From Alphaproteobacteria bacterium (GTDB lineage: Bacteria; Pseudomonadota; Alphaproteobacteria; SHVV01): a stretch of DNA of 64,000 nucleotides. The DNA is taken from assembly GCA_965261735.1 (NCBI GenBank), contig OZ253470.1, positions 4,864,001 to 4,928,000 of the forward strand, written 5' to 3'. The position numbers were made by a program, and so were the translations under genes. Of the stretch, positions 20,851 through 31,509 are shown piece after piece; position 1 is the first letter of the stretch; every line of letters starts with the position of its first letter. A model generated the notes under the pieces. It ran no database searches. It worked only from the letters and a program-made list of their open reading frames with translations, and was not told the DNA's origin.

Positions 20851-23125
20851 GAGACATACCCTCTTCGGCCGGCGACGTCTCGAAGGGCCCGGGGTCGCCA
20901 CCGACCACGGCCTCGGTCGCAAACGCCAACTGCACGACGGCGCCGCCCCCGGGCCTGTCGCGCAGCTCGATCGCGCCGCCATGGTCATCGACGATCTTCT
21001 TCACGATCGCGAGACCGAGCCCGGTACCCCTGTCGCGGGTCGTCACATAGGGCTCGGTGAGCCGGTCGTGTTGGCCCCCGGGCAGACCGCATCCGTTGTC
21101 GGCGAACTCGACGACGATGCGGCCGTCGTTCGTCTTGACCTCGACATCGATACGCCCCCGCGATGCGGCGGAGTCGCCGTCGCGGCCGACGATCGCTTCA
21201 GCCGCGTTCTCGTAGAGGTTGATCAAAACCTGGCTCATCTGGCGAGCATCGCACCGGAACATGACCGGATCGGGCGGCGTCGAGAGATCATGCAACAGGT
21301 CGGGATGCGCGAGCCGCTGCATGAACTGCGCGCGCTCGAGCAGCTCGGCCAAGTTCTCGCGCTCGAACACCGGTGCGGGCATGCGCGCGAACGCCGAAAA
21401 CTCGTCGACCATTCGGCCGATGTCCGCCGTCTGTCGAATAATCGTGTCGGTGCACTGGGTAAAGACCTCGGGCTCGGTGGTGATTTCCTTGAGGTACTTT
21501 CGTTTCAAGCGCTCGGCCGACAGTTGGATGGGCGTCAGGGGATTCTTGATTTCGTGGGCGATGCGCCGGGCGACATCGGCCCAGGCGGCGGTGCGCTGCG
21601 CCGTGACCAACGCCGTGATGTCGTCGAAGGTGAAGACGAAGTCGGTGATGGCGCCGCCGGCTCGCTCGGCCACAACGCGCACGAACAGCGTTCTCGCCCG
21701 GCCGCCGCGCGTCAGCTTGACCTCGCCTTCGGCAAGGCGGTCGGGCCGCTCCCGAGCCTCCTCGAGAAGGTGGGCGATCTCCGGAAATGCGTCCGCGAGG
21801 GGCTGTCCCGTCAGTGTCTCGGTGTCGGTTTCTAGCATCGTCGTCGCCGAGCGGTTGGGAAGATTGATGCGGCCGTCCGCATCGAGGCCGATAACACCGG
21901 CCGAAACGCCGGCCAGAACCGCCTCGGTGAACTGACGGCGCATGTCGAGTTGGCGATTGGCGGCGATGAGCTCGGAGCGCTGGCTGCTGAGCTGCCCCGT
22001 CATGCGATTGAAGGCCCGAGCGAGGTTGCCGAGTTCGTCGTCGCCGCTCGCTGCCTCGACCTGCACGTCGAGATTGCCGGCGCGCACCTGCTCGGCCGCG
22101 CTGATGAGATTGCCGATCGGTCGAACGACGCGGGTCGCAAAGGAGAGGCCGAGCCATACCGCGACCATCAACAGCAGCAGTGTGACGACGATGAAAAGGA
22201 GCGCAAAGGTGATCTGGATGCTGGAACGCTCGCCTTCGAGCTTCTCATAGGCAGCGACCGCGCGGCGGTTGCGCTCGACCTGCGAGATCACGCGCGGATC
22301 GACGAAGCGCCCGACATAGAGAAAGCTGTCGACAAAGCGGTTGAGGCGCACGATCGCGCGAACCCGGTCATCGGTATCGCTGGTGAAGAGGACGACCTCA
22401 CCTGCCGCCGCCTCGTTGAGCGCCGCCTGCGGTACGGAGCCAAACTCGAGCGCGAAACTCAGGCGCGAGCGCGCGACGACCCGCCCCGAGCGTGCGAACA
22501 CGATCGCCTCAGCGAGCGAACGCAAATCGGCTTGAGCTGACACGACGTTGTTGAAGCGCTGCGGATTGCGCAGCAGCACGTTGGCGTCCCGATTGAGGTC
22601 GTTCGCCATGGCCAGGATGTCGGCGCGGATGACTTTGCGGTGCTCATCGAGATACGCCTCGGCAACGGTTGCCGAAGCGGACAGCGCGTTGCGCACGCGA
22701 TCACCGAACCAGGCCTGTAGACCGAGGCTGAAAAACAGCGCGGAGAAGACGGCGATAATGATCGCTGGTGCCACGGCGACGACGCTGAACATCGCGACCG
22801 TCCGGGTGTGGAGCCGCGATCCGGCCGATCCCCGACGCCGCTCGACCCACAGCTTGACCAGTCGTCGCGCCACGATCGCGCCGAGGGACGCCAGCAGCAT
22901 GAGGTCGGCGAGAAGGAGGACGAGCACCGACCGCGGGTCGGGCCCGAAAGGCGAAGAGCGGGTAAGGGAGACGTAGGTGGCGATTCCCGACGCCACCGCG
23001 AGCAGCGCCAGCGAGAGGGCGAGCTTGCGCCCCAAGTCGATGCGCCGCGCCCACACCCTCAGGCGCAGCCAGGTGCGGCCGTTGGCGCGGGCCATGCCCG
23101 CGGTGGCTCCGCTCTGCTGACTCAT
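20840..23125 (-). CDS. ntrY: Sensor histidine kinase NtrY
   Basis: TM + HAMP + PAS; AWADVARRIAHEIKNPLTPIQL; GTGLGL. Confidence 0.93.
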   Translation of the reverse strand: MSQQSGATAGMARANGRTWLRLRVWARRIDLGRKLALSLALLAVASGIATYVSLTRSSPFGPDPRSVLVLLLADLMLLASLGAIVARRLVKLWVERRRGSAGSRLHTRTVAMFSVVAVAPAIIIAVFSALFFSLGLQAWFGDRVRNALSASATVAEAYLDEHRKVIRADILAMANDLNRDANVLLRNPQRFNNVVSAQADLRSLAEAIVFARSGRVVARSRLSFALEFGSVPQAALNEAAAGEVVLFTSDTDDRVRAIVRLNRFVDSFLYVGRFVDPRVISQVERNRRAVAAYEKLEGERSSIQITFALLFIVVTLLLLMVAVWLGLSFATRVVRPIGNLISAAEQVRAGNLDVQVEAASGDDELGNLARAFNRMTGQLSSQRSELIAANRQLDMRRQFTEAVLAGVSAGVIGLDADGRINLPNRSATTMLETDTETLTGQPLADAFPEIAHLLEEARERPDRLAEGEVKLTRGGRARTLFVRVVAERAGGAITDFVFTFDDITALVTAQRTAAWADVARRIAHEIKNPLTPIQLSAERLKRKYLKEITTEPEVFTQCTDTIIRQTADIGRMVDEFSAFARMPAPVFERENLAELLERAQFMQRLAHPDLLHDLSTPPDPVMFRCDARQMSQVLINLYENAAEAIVGRDGDSAASRGRIDVEVKTNDGRIVVEFADNGCGLPGGQHDRLTEPYVTTRDRGTGLGLAIVKKIVDDHGGAIELRDRPGGGAVVQLAFATEAVVGGDPGPFETSPAEEGMSHGS

Positions 23126-23186
23126 CTCTCGCCCGAAGCGTTTTGTGTGCGCGCGCGAGAACTACCACGTGTGTTGCAATAATGCA

Positions 23187-24626
23187 TCACCTAAGCGTGC
23201 GCTCCACGGCGACGCCGAGCTCGCGCATCTTCTTGCGCAGGGTGTTTCGGTTGAGGCCCAGTAGTTGTGCCGCCTTGATCTGATTGCCCTTGCTCGCGGC
23301 TAGGCTAAGCCTGATCAGCGGCCGCTCGATCTCGCGAAGGATGCGGCGGTGGAGCCCGCTCGGCGGCAACCCCTCGGCGTGCGCGGCGAAGTAGCGCGCT
23401 AGATGGCGCTCAACGGCCGCGGCCAAGTTTTCTTCGCCGCCCCCGCGATCGGGGTCGCCAGCCTCGGCCATCGCCGTGGCGACCTCGGAGGCGCCGATCG
23501 TCTCGCCGGGATAAAGCGCCGTAAGCCGCATGGCGAGGTTCTCGAGCTCGCGCACGTTGCCGGGCCAGTCTTGCGCCATCAATCGCTCGAGGGCACCGGC
23601 ATCGAGGCTCTTGCGCGGCAGGCCCCGCGCCACCGCCCGCGACAGGAAATGGCGCATCAGGTCGGGAATGTCTTCCCGGTGTTGGCGCAGCGGCGGCAGC
23701 CGAATGGGCACAACGTTGAGGCGATAAAACAAATCCTCGCGAAAGAGGCCGCTGCGCACGAGCTGTTGAAGGTCGCGGTTGGTGGCTGCGATGATCCTGA
23801 CGTCGGTGGCGATCGGGGCGTGCCCGCCCACGGTGGTGTATTCGCCCTGCTGCAGGACTCGCAGCAGGCGGGTTTGGGCATCGAGCGGCATGTCGCCGAT
23901 TTCGTCGAGGAACAGGGTCCCGCCCTGGGCCTGGGCGAAACGGCCGATGCGGCGCCGGTTGGCGCCGGTGAATGCGCCTCTCTCATAGCCGAACAGCTCG
24001 CTCTCGATGAGGTCATGCGGAATGGCCGCCATATTGACGGCGACGAACGCGGGGCCTCGGCGCTTGCTGTAGTCATGCAGCGCGCGAGCGACCAGTTCCT
24101 TACCGGTTCCCGATTCGCCCGTGATCAGCACCGTGAGTTCGGTTCCGGTGAGGCGCGCCACGAGCCGGTACACCTCCTGCATGGCCGGCGAACGTCCGAT
24201 CAGCGGAATCGCTTCTGTGCCTCCGGCCGGCTGGGCTGGGCTCGCCGCCGCCGGCCGGTCGCGCTCGTCGAGGGAGCGTTCGATCACCCGGGCGAGGTCG
24301 TCGAGATCGAAGGGCTTGGGGAGGTATTCGTAAGCACCGCGCTCGGTGGCGCGGATCGCCGTCAGCAACGTGGTCTGCGCGCTCATGATGACGATCGGAA
24401 GATCGGGGCGCACCCTCTTGATGCGCGGCAGCAGGTCGAGTCCGTTGCCATCGGGCATGACCACGTCGGTAAGGACGAGATCGCCCTCGCCGGCGTCGAT
24501 CCATTGCCACAGCGTGGCCGCCTCTCCGGTCGAACGAACGGCATAGCCGATTCGGCGCAGCGCCTTTTCGAGCACGGTGCGAATGCTGCGATCGTCGTCC
24601 GCGATCAGGATGGTGGCCTGGTTCAA
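23187..24626 (-). CDS. ntrC: Nitrogen regulation protein NtrC
   Basis: Receiver domain, [14 protein letters not shown], Fis-type HTH; TTG start after GAGAGGA. Confidence 0.93.
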   Translation of the reverse strand: MNQATILIADDDRSIRTVLEKALRRIGYAVRSTGEAATLWQWIDAGEGDLVLTDVVMPDGNGLDLLPRIKRVRPDLPIVIMSAQTTLLTAIRATERGAYEYLPKPFDLDDLARVIERSLDERDRPAAASPAQPAGGTEAIPLIGRSPAMQEVYRLVARLTGTELTVLITGESGTGKELVARALHDYSKRRGPAFVAVNMAAIPHDLIESELFGYERGAFTGANRRRIGRFAQAQGGTLFLDEIGDMPLDAQTRLLRVLQQGEYTTVGGHAPIATDVRIIAATNRDLQQLVRSGLFREDLFYRLNVVPIRLPPLRQHREDIPDLMRHFLSRAVARGLPRKSLDAGALERLMAQDWPGNVRELENLAMRLTALYPGETIGASEVATAMAEAGDPDRGGGEENLAAAVERHLARYFAAHAEGLPPSGLHRRILREIERPLIRLSLAASKGNQIKAAQLLGLNRNTLRKKMRELGVAVERTLR

Positions 24627-24636
24627 CCCGTTCCTC

Positions 24637-25743
24637 TCACGCTTTCGCCGGCGCCGGGTCGCATACGGGCAGGCGGACGCGAAATTCGCACCCTTCGGGC
24701 GTGCTGTCGAACTCGATAACACCGCCATGGTCGTCGACGATCTTCGCCACCATGGCGAGCCCGAGTCCGGTGCCGCCGACCTTGTTCGTGACGAAGGGAT
24801 CGAACAGGTGGGCCGCGATGTCGTCCGGAATACCACTGCCGTTGTCGCGCACGCCGACCTCGAGCGGCAGGCTCACGCGTCCCGCATGGCTTTGAGTCTC
24901 GAGCCGTACACCGGGGCGAAAGGCGGTCGAGAGCTCGATCTCTCCATCGTCGTGCGGCACCGCCTCGGCGGCGTTCTTGATCAGGTTGAGGAACACCTGG
25001 ATCAATTCGTCGCCGTTAGCGAGGGCGGGCGGCAGCGAGGGATCGTAACTCTCGTGAAAGCGTACGCGGCTGGCGAAGCTCGTTTGCGCGAGCCGGCGCG
25101 TGCGCGCGAGGACCTCGTGAATGTTGACGGGGCCGCGTACCGTCGGCCTGTCGCCAAACATGTCGATCTGTTCGAGGAGCCGGCACACACGGTCGGACTC
25201 GTCACGAATGAGGCGCGCGAGCTCGCGATCGTCACCGCTGGCGTTTTGCTCCAGCAATTGGGCTGCGCCTCGGATCCCGGCGAGCGGATTCTTGACCTCG
25301 TGCGCGAGCACGGCCGCCATGCCGGTGACCGAGCGCGCCGCCCCGCGGTGGCTGAGCTGGCGATCGATGCGGGTGACGAGGGTGAGATCATCGAGCGAGA
25401 CCACGACCCACCCGCGCGTCTCTGCGAGCGGCGCGACCTGGACGTTGACCAGGCGCTCGCCAAGGCGGCGGCCGCCGATTTCCACGCCGTGCTCGAGCAC
25501 GTCGCTACCATGTTGGCGCGCTTGGGCGATGAGGGCGAACAGCGGGCTATCGAAGGCCACGAGCGCGCTCAGGGGGCGCCCGGCAAGATAGGGCGCGCCG
25601 ACACCGAAGAACTGCTCGGCCGCGGGATTGGCGTAGACGAAGCGCGTCGCTTCATCGAGGACCAGGACGGGCGCGAGCAGGCCGTTGAGTACGGCGGCCG
25701 CATCCAGCCGCGCGGACGGCTCGGCCGCCAACTCGGTCGTCAT
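24637..25743 (-). CDS. ntrB: Histidine kinase NtrB
   Basis: PAS + [31 protein letters not shown]. Confidence 0.93.
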   Translation of the reverse strand: MTTELAAEPSARLDAAAVLNGLLAPVLVLDEATRFVYANPAAEQFFGVGAPYLAGRPLSALVAFDSPLFALIAQARQHGSDVLEHGVEIGGRRLGERLVNVQVAPLAETRGWVVVSLDDLTLVTRIDRQLSHRGAARSVTGMAAVLAHEVKNPLAGIRGAAQLLEQNASGDDRELARLIRDESDRVCRLLEQIDMFGDRPTVRGPVNIHEVLARTRRLAQTSFASRVRFHESYDPSLPPALANGDELIQVFLNLIKNAAEAVPHDDGEIELSTAFRPGVRLETQSHAGRVSLPLEVGVRDNGSGIPDDIAAHLFDPFVTNKVGGTGLGLAMVAKIVDDHGGVIEFDSTPEGCEFRVRLPVCDPAPAKA

Positions 25744-26726
25744 GCCGCAGCGGCGTCGCAGGCGCCGGCGAAGAAGTCGCGCATGTGGGCCCGCACCTTG
25801 GCCGCGTCGGCGCATTGGTTGATGGCGTTGCGGAAGCGGTTGGCGAAGGGCAGACCGGCGGCGTACCAGGCGAGGTGTTTGCGGCCCACGCGCATGCCGA
25901 CATCGTGCCCGTAGTGGCCGAGCAGGTCCTCGTAGTGGATGGCGCACAGCGTGGCGCGCTCGGCCACCGCCGGATCGGGCCGGCGCTCGCCGGTGCGCAG
26001 GAACCCGATCGCCTGGCTCAGGAACCAGGGGCGACCGTAGCACGCGCGCCCGATCATCACCCCGTCGGCTCCCGACAGACGCATCGCCTCAGCCACATCG
26101 TTCAGATCGGTGATGTCACCATTGACGATGACGGGAATGTTCACAGCCTCTTTCACGCGGCGTATGAACGCCCAGTCCGAGGTGCCCTTGTAAAACTGGC
26201 AGCGGGTGCGGCCGTGCACCGCGATCATCTGGATGCCGCACGCCTCCGCGATGTGCGCGAGCCGCGGGGCATTGCGATTGGCATCGTCCCAGCCCGTTCG
26301 CATCTTGAGTGTTACCGGCAGTTTCACCGCTTTGACGGTAGCCTCGATCAGCCGGGCGGCGAGAACCTCGTCGCGCATGAGCGCCGATCCGGCGTAGCCG
26401 TTGACTACCTTCTTGGCCGGGCAGCCGAAGTTGATGTCGATGAGGGCGGCGCCTCGGTCCTCGTTGAGCTTGGCGGCCTCGGCCAGCACCGCCGGGTCGC
26501 GGCCGGCGAGCTGGATCGCCATCGGGTATTCCTCGGGCACGTTCTCGGCCATTTTCAGCGATTGGCGCGTGGCGCGGATCATCGATTGGCTGGCGATCAT
26601 TTCCGATACGACCAGGCCCGCGCCGATGCGCTTGACGAGGCGGCGAAACGGTAAGTCCGTCACCCCGGACATGGGCGCCAGGAAAACCGGATCCTCGATG
26701 TGGACCGCGCCGACTTGTATGGCCAT
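25740..26726 (-). CDS. dusB: tRNA-dihydrouridine synthase DusB (NifR3)
   Basis: [27 protein letters not shown]. Confidence 0.95.
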   Translation of the reverse strand: MAIQVGAVHIEDPVFLAPMSGVTDLPFRRLVKRIGAGLVVSEMIASQSMIRATRQSLKMAENVPEEYPMAIQLAGRDPAVLAEAAKLNEDRGAALIDINFGCPAKKVVNGYAGSALMRDEVLAARLIEATVKAVKLPVTLKMRTGWDDANRNAPRLAHIAEACGIQMIAVHGRTRCQFYKGTSDWAFIRRVKEAVNIPVIVNGDITDLNDVAEAMRLSGADGVMIGRACYGRPWFLSQAIGFLRTGERRPDPAVAERATLCAIHYEDLLGHYGHDVGMRVGRKHLAWYAAGLPFANRFRNAINQCADAAKVRAHMRDFFAGACDAAAA

Positions 26727-26739
26727 CAAGGCCCCCGAG

Positions 26740-26784
26740 TGCTCAATTGTTGGGCAGCCGCAACGACTGCCCCAATTTTGGGCA
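26740..26784. promoter_or_regulatory. Tandem NtrC-like binding sites upstream of dusB-ntrBC
   Basis: TGCTCA-ATTGT-TGGGCA (26740-26756) and TGCCCC-AATTT-TGGGCA (26768-26784) resemble TGCACC-N5-GGTGCA. Confidence 0.6.
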
Positions 26785-26935
26785 ATCTATCGCGGGCCTG
26801 CCTCCGGGGCAATGATTCCGCCGCGTGCGCGCTTGGCGGTCCCCCGCCCCTCTGGCAGAGGTTCGGGCCAGGGCTTGGCAATCGGGTCCCGTGGACCTAG
26901 GGTTGCCCCATGATGCCGTGCCGGGGCCGAGTCGG

Positions 26936-28084
26936 GTGAGTGTCGCCGCCCTCATCGTGGCCGCAGGGCGCGGCGAGCGTTTCGGCGGCCCGCTGCGCAA
27001 GTCCTACATGCCGCTCGGCGGAGCGCCCTTGCTGCGCCACAGCGTCGCCGCCTATTGCGCCCATCCCGAGGTCGGCGCGGTGCGCGTCGTCATCCATCGC
27101 GACGATGCCGCCCTCTATGAAGCAGCCGTGGGCGGCCTGGCGCTGCTGGCCCCGGTGCCGGGGGGCGCGACGCGCCAACAATCCGTGCGCGCCGGCCTCG
27201 AAAGCCTCGTCGAGGAGGCGCCCGACCGGGTTCTTATCCATGACGGTGCGCGACCCTTTCCCGGTTCAGCGATCGCGCACGTCCTGCGGGGGCTCGAAGA
27301 GGCGCCGGGCGCGGTCGCGGCGCTGCCGCTGCGCGATACGCTGAAGTCGGCCGAAGGAGGCCGCATCCTCGCGACCGTGGACCGCACCGGCCTATGGCGC
27401 GCCCAGACGCCGCAGGGGTTTCGTTTCGCCGATATCCTGGCCGCCCATCGCGCAGCGGGCGACCTCGAAGCCACCGACGATGCCGGTGTCGCCGAGCGAG
27501 CGGGTATCCCCGTCAGCCTGGTCCCGGGCTCGGAGCACAACATCAAGGTCACGACGCCCGAAGATCTCGCGCGCGCCGAGGGCATCCTAATGAGCCACCT
27601 CGGCGACGTTCGTTGCGCCATGGGCTTCGATGTACACCGCTTCGTACCGGGCGATGGCGTGCGCCTGTGTGGCGTCGCCATCCCCTATGATCGGGCGCTT
27701 GCCGGCCACTCGGATGCCGACGTCGCGCTCCACGCGCTGACGGACGCGCTGCTCGGCGCACTCGGCGAGGGCGATATCGGCCTCCATTTCCCGCCCGATG
27801 ATGCCCAGTGGCGGGACGCCGATTCGGCGGTGTTTGTACGACGCGCCGCGGCCATGGTGGCCGAGCGCGGCGGGCAGATCGGCCACATCGATCTGACACT
27901 GATCTGCGAGGCGCCGCAGATCGCGCCCCACCGCTCGGCCATGGTCGCCTCCCTCGCCGCGTTGCTCGGCATCGCCGAGTCCCGGGTCAGCGTCAAGGCG
28001 ACGACGACCGAGCGCCTCGGCTTCACCGGTCGTGGCGAGGGCATCGCCGCCCAGGCGACTGCGACCGTGCGCCTCCCCTTCTAG
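26936..28084 (+). CDS. ispDF: Bifunctional IspD/IspF
   Basis: AAGRGER, GGATRQ.SV, HDGARP, GFDVHRF, GHSDADV, KATTTE; start approximate. Confidence 0.95.
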   Translation: MSVAALIVAAGRGERFGGPLRKSYMPLGGAPLLRHSVAAYCAHPEVGAVRVVIHRDDAALYEAAVGGLALLAPVPGGATRQQSVRAGLESLVEEAPDRVLIHDGARPFPGSAIAHVLRGLEEAPGAVAALPLRDTLKSAEGGRILATVDRTGLWRAQTPQGFRFADILAAHRAAGDLEATDDAGVAERAGIPVSLVPGSEHNIKVTTPEDLARAEGILMSHLGDVRCAMGFDVHRFVPGDGVRLCGVAIPYDRALAGHSDADVALHALTDALLGALGEGDIGLHFPPDDAQWRDADSAVFVRRAAAMVAERGGQIGHIDLTLICEAPQIAPHRSAMVASLAALLGIAESRVSVKATTTERLGFTGRGEGIAAQATATVRLPF

Positions 28085-28094
28085 AGCGACGATC

Positions 28095-28610
28095 GTGGCG
28101 GAAGAACAGCCTTCGCCTCCGACGCCGCTGCGCCTGCGGCATCCGGCGGCGCTGATCGCCACCTGCGGCGGCATCGGCTTGCTGCCCTGGGCCCCCGGCA
28201 CCTGGGGATCGCTGGCGGCGCTGCCCGTCGCGTGGCTGATCCACCAGAGCTTCGGTGCCGCCGCGCTCCTTGCCGCGACCCTGATCGCGTTCCTGGCCGG
28301 ATGGTGGGCGGCCGGCGTCTACATAACGGCCGCCGATGACAAGGATCCGAGCGCGGTGGTCGTCGACGAGGTCGCCGGGTTGTGGCTCGTCCTCGCCACC
28401 GTGCCCCGCGAAGCGCTCGCCTATGCCGTGGCCTTCGCCCTGTTCCGCCTGTTCGATATCACCAAGCCGTGGCCCGTACGGTGGGCCGACCGCGAGCTGT
28501 CGAGCGGTCTAGGCGTCATGCTCGATGACGTGCTCGCCGCCGTCTACGCGGCCTTTGCGCTCTATCTGTTGTTATGGCTGATCGCCGCAACCGGTTTGGG
28601 AGGCGCGTGA
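28095..28610 (+). CDS. pgpA: Phosphatidylglycerophosphatase A
   Basis: APGTWGS, DPSAVVVDE, FRLFDITKPWP, GVMLDD. Confidence 0.93.
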   Translation: MAEEQPSPPTPLRLRHPAALIATCGGIGLLPWAPGTWGSLAALPVAWLIHQSFGAAALLAATLIAFLAGWWAAGVYITAADDKDPSAVVVDEVAGLWLVLATVPREALAYAVAFALFRLFDITKPWPVRWADRELSSGLGVMLDDVLAAVYAAFALYLLLWLIAATGLGGA

Positions 28611-29107
28611 TGTTTTCGCCGGCGCTTCTTGAGCGCGCCCAACATGTGATCGCCGCCTGCCGGGCCAAAGGGCTTCACCTCGCCGCCACCGAGTCGTGCA
28701 CGGGCGGGCTCATCCTCGGCTGCCTCACCGCCATCGCCGGCTCGTCGGACGTGGTCGAGCGCGGCTTCGTCGTCTATACCAACGAGGCCAAGACGGAGCT
28801 GTTGGGCGTGCCCGAGGGGCTGTTCGCCGAGGTCGGCGCCGTCAGCGAGGACGTGGCACGCGCGATGGCCGAAGGCGCGCTCGCCCACGCGCCGGCCGAG
28901 GTCGCCGTCTCCTGCACTGGCATCACCGGACCGGGCGGCGGCACGGCTGAGAAACCGGTGGGTTTGGTCCACCTGGCGGTCGCACAGCGTGGCGCCGCAA
29001 CCCTGCACCGGCGCTGCACCTACGGCGACATCGGCCGCGATGCCGTGCGCCTCGCCGCGGTCGCCGACGCTCTTGACCTGGTGCTGGAGGGCCTGGAAGC
29101 CCACTAA
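28610..29107 (+). CDS. cinA: CinA C-terminal / NMN deamidase (PncC-like)
   Basis: ESCTGG, GAVS, TGITGPGG, KPVGLV. Confidence 0.9.
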   Translation: MFSPALLERAQHVIAACRAKGLHLAATESCTGGLILGCLTAIAGSSDVVERGFVVYTNEAKTELLGVPEGLFAEVGAVSEDVARAMAEGALAHAPAEVAVSCTGITGPGGGTAEKPVGLVHLAVAQRGAATLHRRCTYGDIGRDAVRLAAVADALDLVLEGLEAH

Positions 29108-29491
29108 GACTTTGTGAATTTCTGGGTTAGAGTCAATCGATGACAAATCGACGAATGCCTCGAAAATCAAGCAGCGGGGCATTGTCGGAGCAAGTGGGAG
29201 TGTTTGCGGGACTGGTATATTTTTCCCTTTTGTACCAACCTCTTGCACGCAAAATCCCGATGAAGCTTGTGATCGTGCGAATACAACAAGCGCACCCCTG
29301 ATACTCTGGCTAAGGCGATAATATGAGTATCATTGGACACACAGATCCCCATCCTTTACACGTTCCTCACTTCCTGGTTGATCTGCTTACTTCTACGTGA
29401 TTATCCCATTGACGTACGTCATTCGGGGCGATAGGAACTGTGTGACATTATCCTACCGTGGGTCACGCGGCTCTATCTATCGGGTGAATGA

Positions 29492-30112
29492 ATGTTAAAG
29501 TGGTTCGCGCGCCTCATCCTGCCTAACGTTATGGGATTTTGGCGCGGTTTGGAGTTGGACGGCAGCGGCAATCCCCACAGCAGTCGCCGGGGTTGCTGGG
29601 ATGATCGGGGTCTATGATAGCCTGTCGTTAATGTGGGCGGTTGCAGGGACAACCTTTACCGCTGCCTCCACCATTTTAATTGTAGTTGGATATAAGATTC
29701 ATCGGTTTCAAGGGAATCCTGGACACAAACTGAAATTTGTTGGGCCGCATGTGTAAATGACAAATTCTCTGTCCGCCTAGGATTCGAAATTAGGAATGAT
29801 GCTCTATTCTCGATTGAAATTAATTTGAGTGATCTTCGAACCTCATGCGCAAGTACGATTAATCCAAACAACAAGAAGAATTTCAGGAATTTCAAGATTC
29901 CACCTGGGGAAACGATCGTACATTATGAAGCGGCAATCGACATCACAAGGAATGCCGATGAGGTAATGCATGGTAGAATGGAGATGTCTATTAACTACGG
30001 ACATTCTGGAAAGATTCGGTATGTAATAATTAAAGATATAGATTTTTTAATCCCGCGCGACCCGTCGCGACCGTTTCGTTCAATGGATCATGTGGAGGTG
30101 GATCATGTCTAG
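29492..30112 (+). pseudogene. Frameshifted cargo gene of element A (two TM helices + soluble domain)
   Basis: Pieces in successive frames: MLKWFARL.., WSWTAAAIPTAVAGVAGMIGV..WAVAGTTFTAASTILIVVGY.., NDKFSVRLGFEIRND..; low GC. Confidence 0.5.
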
Positions 30113-30395
30113 GGGCCACTACCTTTCCTTAGAAGATGCCCGTAGTGTTGGCCAAATCGACCGGTTCTGCAAAGAACACCAGACAGAAGGCGACAAGGTG
30201 CGCTTTGAAAGATTACTTCTGGCGGTGGCTAAAATGCCACCAGAAGCCGATCAAACATCCGATCAGGATGCCTCCGCATATTGTAGCGATACTCGAACTC
30301 CTTCACGTATTTCTGAAGGTGCTTCCGGAAAACGTGAACGTGCGTCCCACGGATCTACAACTTCAGCCGCGCCCAAAAGCCCTCGATCCCGTTGA
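30105..30395 (+). CDS. Small protein overlapping the element A transposase 3' end in antisense
   Basis: GGAGG SD; MSRGHYLSLEDAR..RFERLLLAVAKMPP; counterpart at 36659-36904. Confidence 0.55.
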   Translation: MSRGHYLSLEDARSVGQIDRFCKEHQTEGDKVRFERLLLAVAKMPPEADQTSDQDASAYCSDTRTPSRISEGASGKRERASHGSTTSAAPKSPRSR

Positions 30396-31509
30396 CATGA
30401 CAATCGCCGTCAACATATTCGCCAGCACCGTGGTTCACAGTCTCATGCTCGAAACCGGCCTTGGAAAGCCCGCTGAAGGATTTAAGTTCATCGGTATGAA
30501 CCGTGCTGCCCTGTTCGACGTTCCCTTTGATGATCGGCTGAAGCGTATTCTTCCGAACGTTCGGGACAACGCTTTCCTATCCGGTTGACACCCACACCCA
30601 CTAGGGCTAGTGGATTGATTCCAACGTTTGGAACCCTCTGTTTCGTGCGGCGATGATATGATCGGGGTCGGCTTTCCAGATGAAGGGTTTTGGGTTTGCG
30701 TCATTGTATTCGCGGACAAATCGGTTGATGGCGTCCTGAAGGTCGACGACGGATTGGAAGACGCCGTATTTGAGCCTGCGCCGCGTTAGTTTGGCGAAGA
30801 AGCCCTCGACGGCATTGAGCCACGAGCACGAGGTTGGCGTGAAGTGGAAGGTCCAGCGTGGATGGCGGGCGAGCCAGGCGCGGACCTTGTCCTTCTTGTG
30901 CGCGGCGTAGTTGTCGAGGATGACGTGGACGGCCTTGTCCGTCGGCACCTCGCGCTCGATGCGGTTGAGGAAGCGGATGAACTCCTGATGGCGGTGGCGC
31001 TGCATGTTCTGTGCGATGACCGTACCGTCCAGCACGTTGAGCGCGGCGAACAGCGTCGTCGTGCCATGCCGTTTGTAATCATAGGTCATCGTACCGGCGC
31101 GGCCCTTCTTCATCGGCAAGCCGGGTTGGGTGCGGTCGAGCGCCTGGATCTGTGATTTCTCATCAACCGACAGCACCACGGCATGGGCCGGCGGATCGAC
31201 ATACAAGCCGACGATATCTGTGAGCTTCTCGGCGAAGGCGGGATCATTGGAGAGCTTGAAGTGCCGCCAGCGGTGCGGGCTGAGGCCATGGGCCTTCCAG
31301 ATCGCTTGGACCGTCGACGCCGCGACGCCAGCAACCTTCGCCATCGCGCGCAGCGTCCAGTGGGTCGCCTCGTGCGGCGGCGCTTGCTGGGTCAGGCGGA
31401 CGATCTCGGCGACGCGCTCCGGCGGGATCGGCGCTTTGCCAGGCGGACGGGACCTGTCGCGAAGCAAGCCGTTGACACCCTCGTGCATGAACCGCTCCTG
31501 CCAGCGCCA

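Noticed and set aside
23171-23190. Imperfect palindrome TGTTGCA-ATAA-TGCATCA upstream of ntrY
   Set aside because: Possibly a regulator site, but I cannot assign it with confidence
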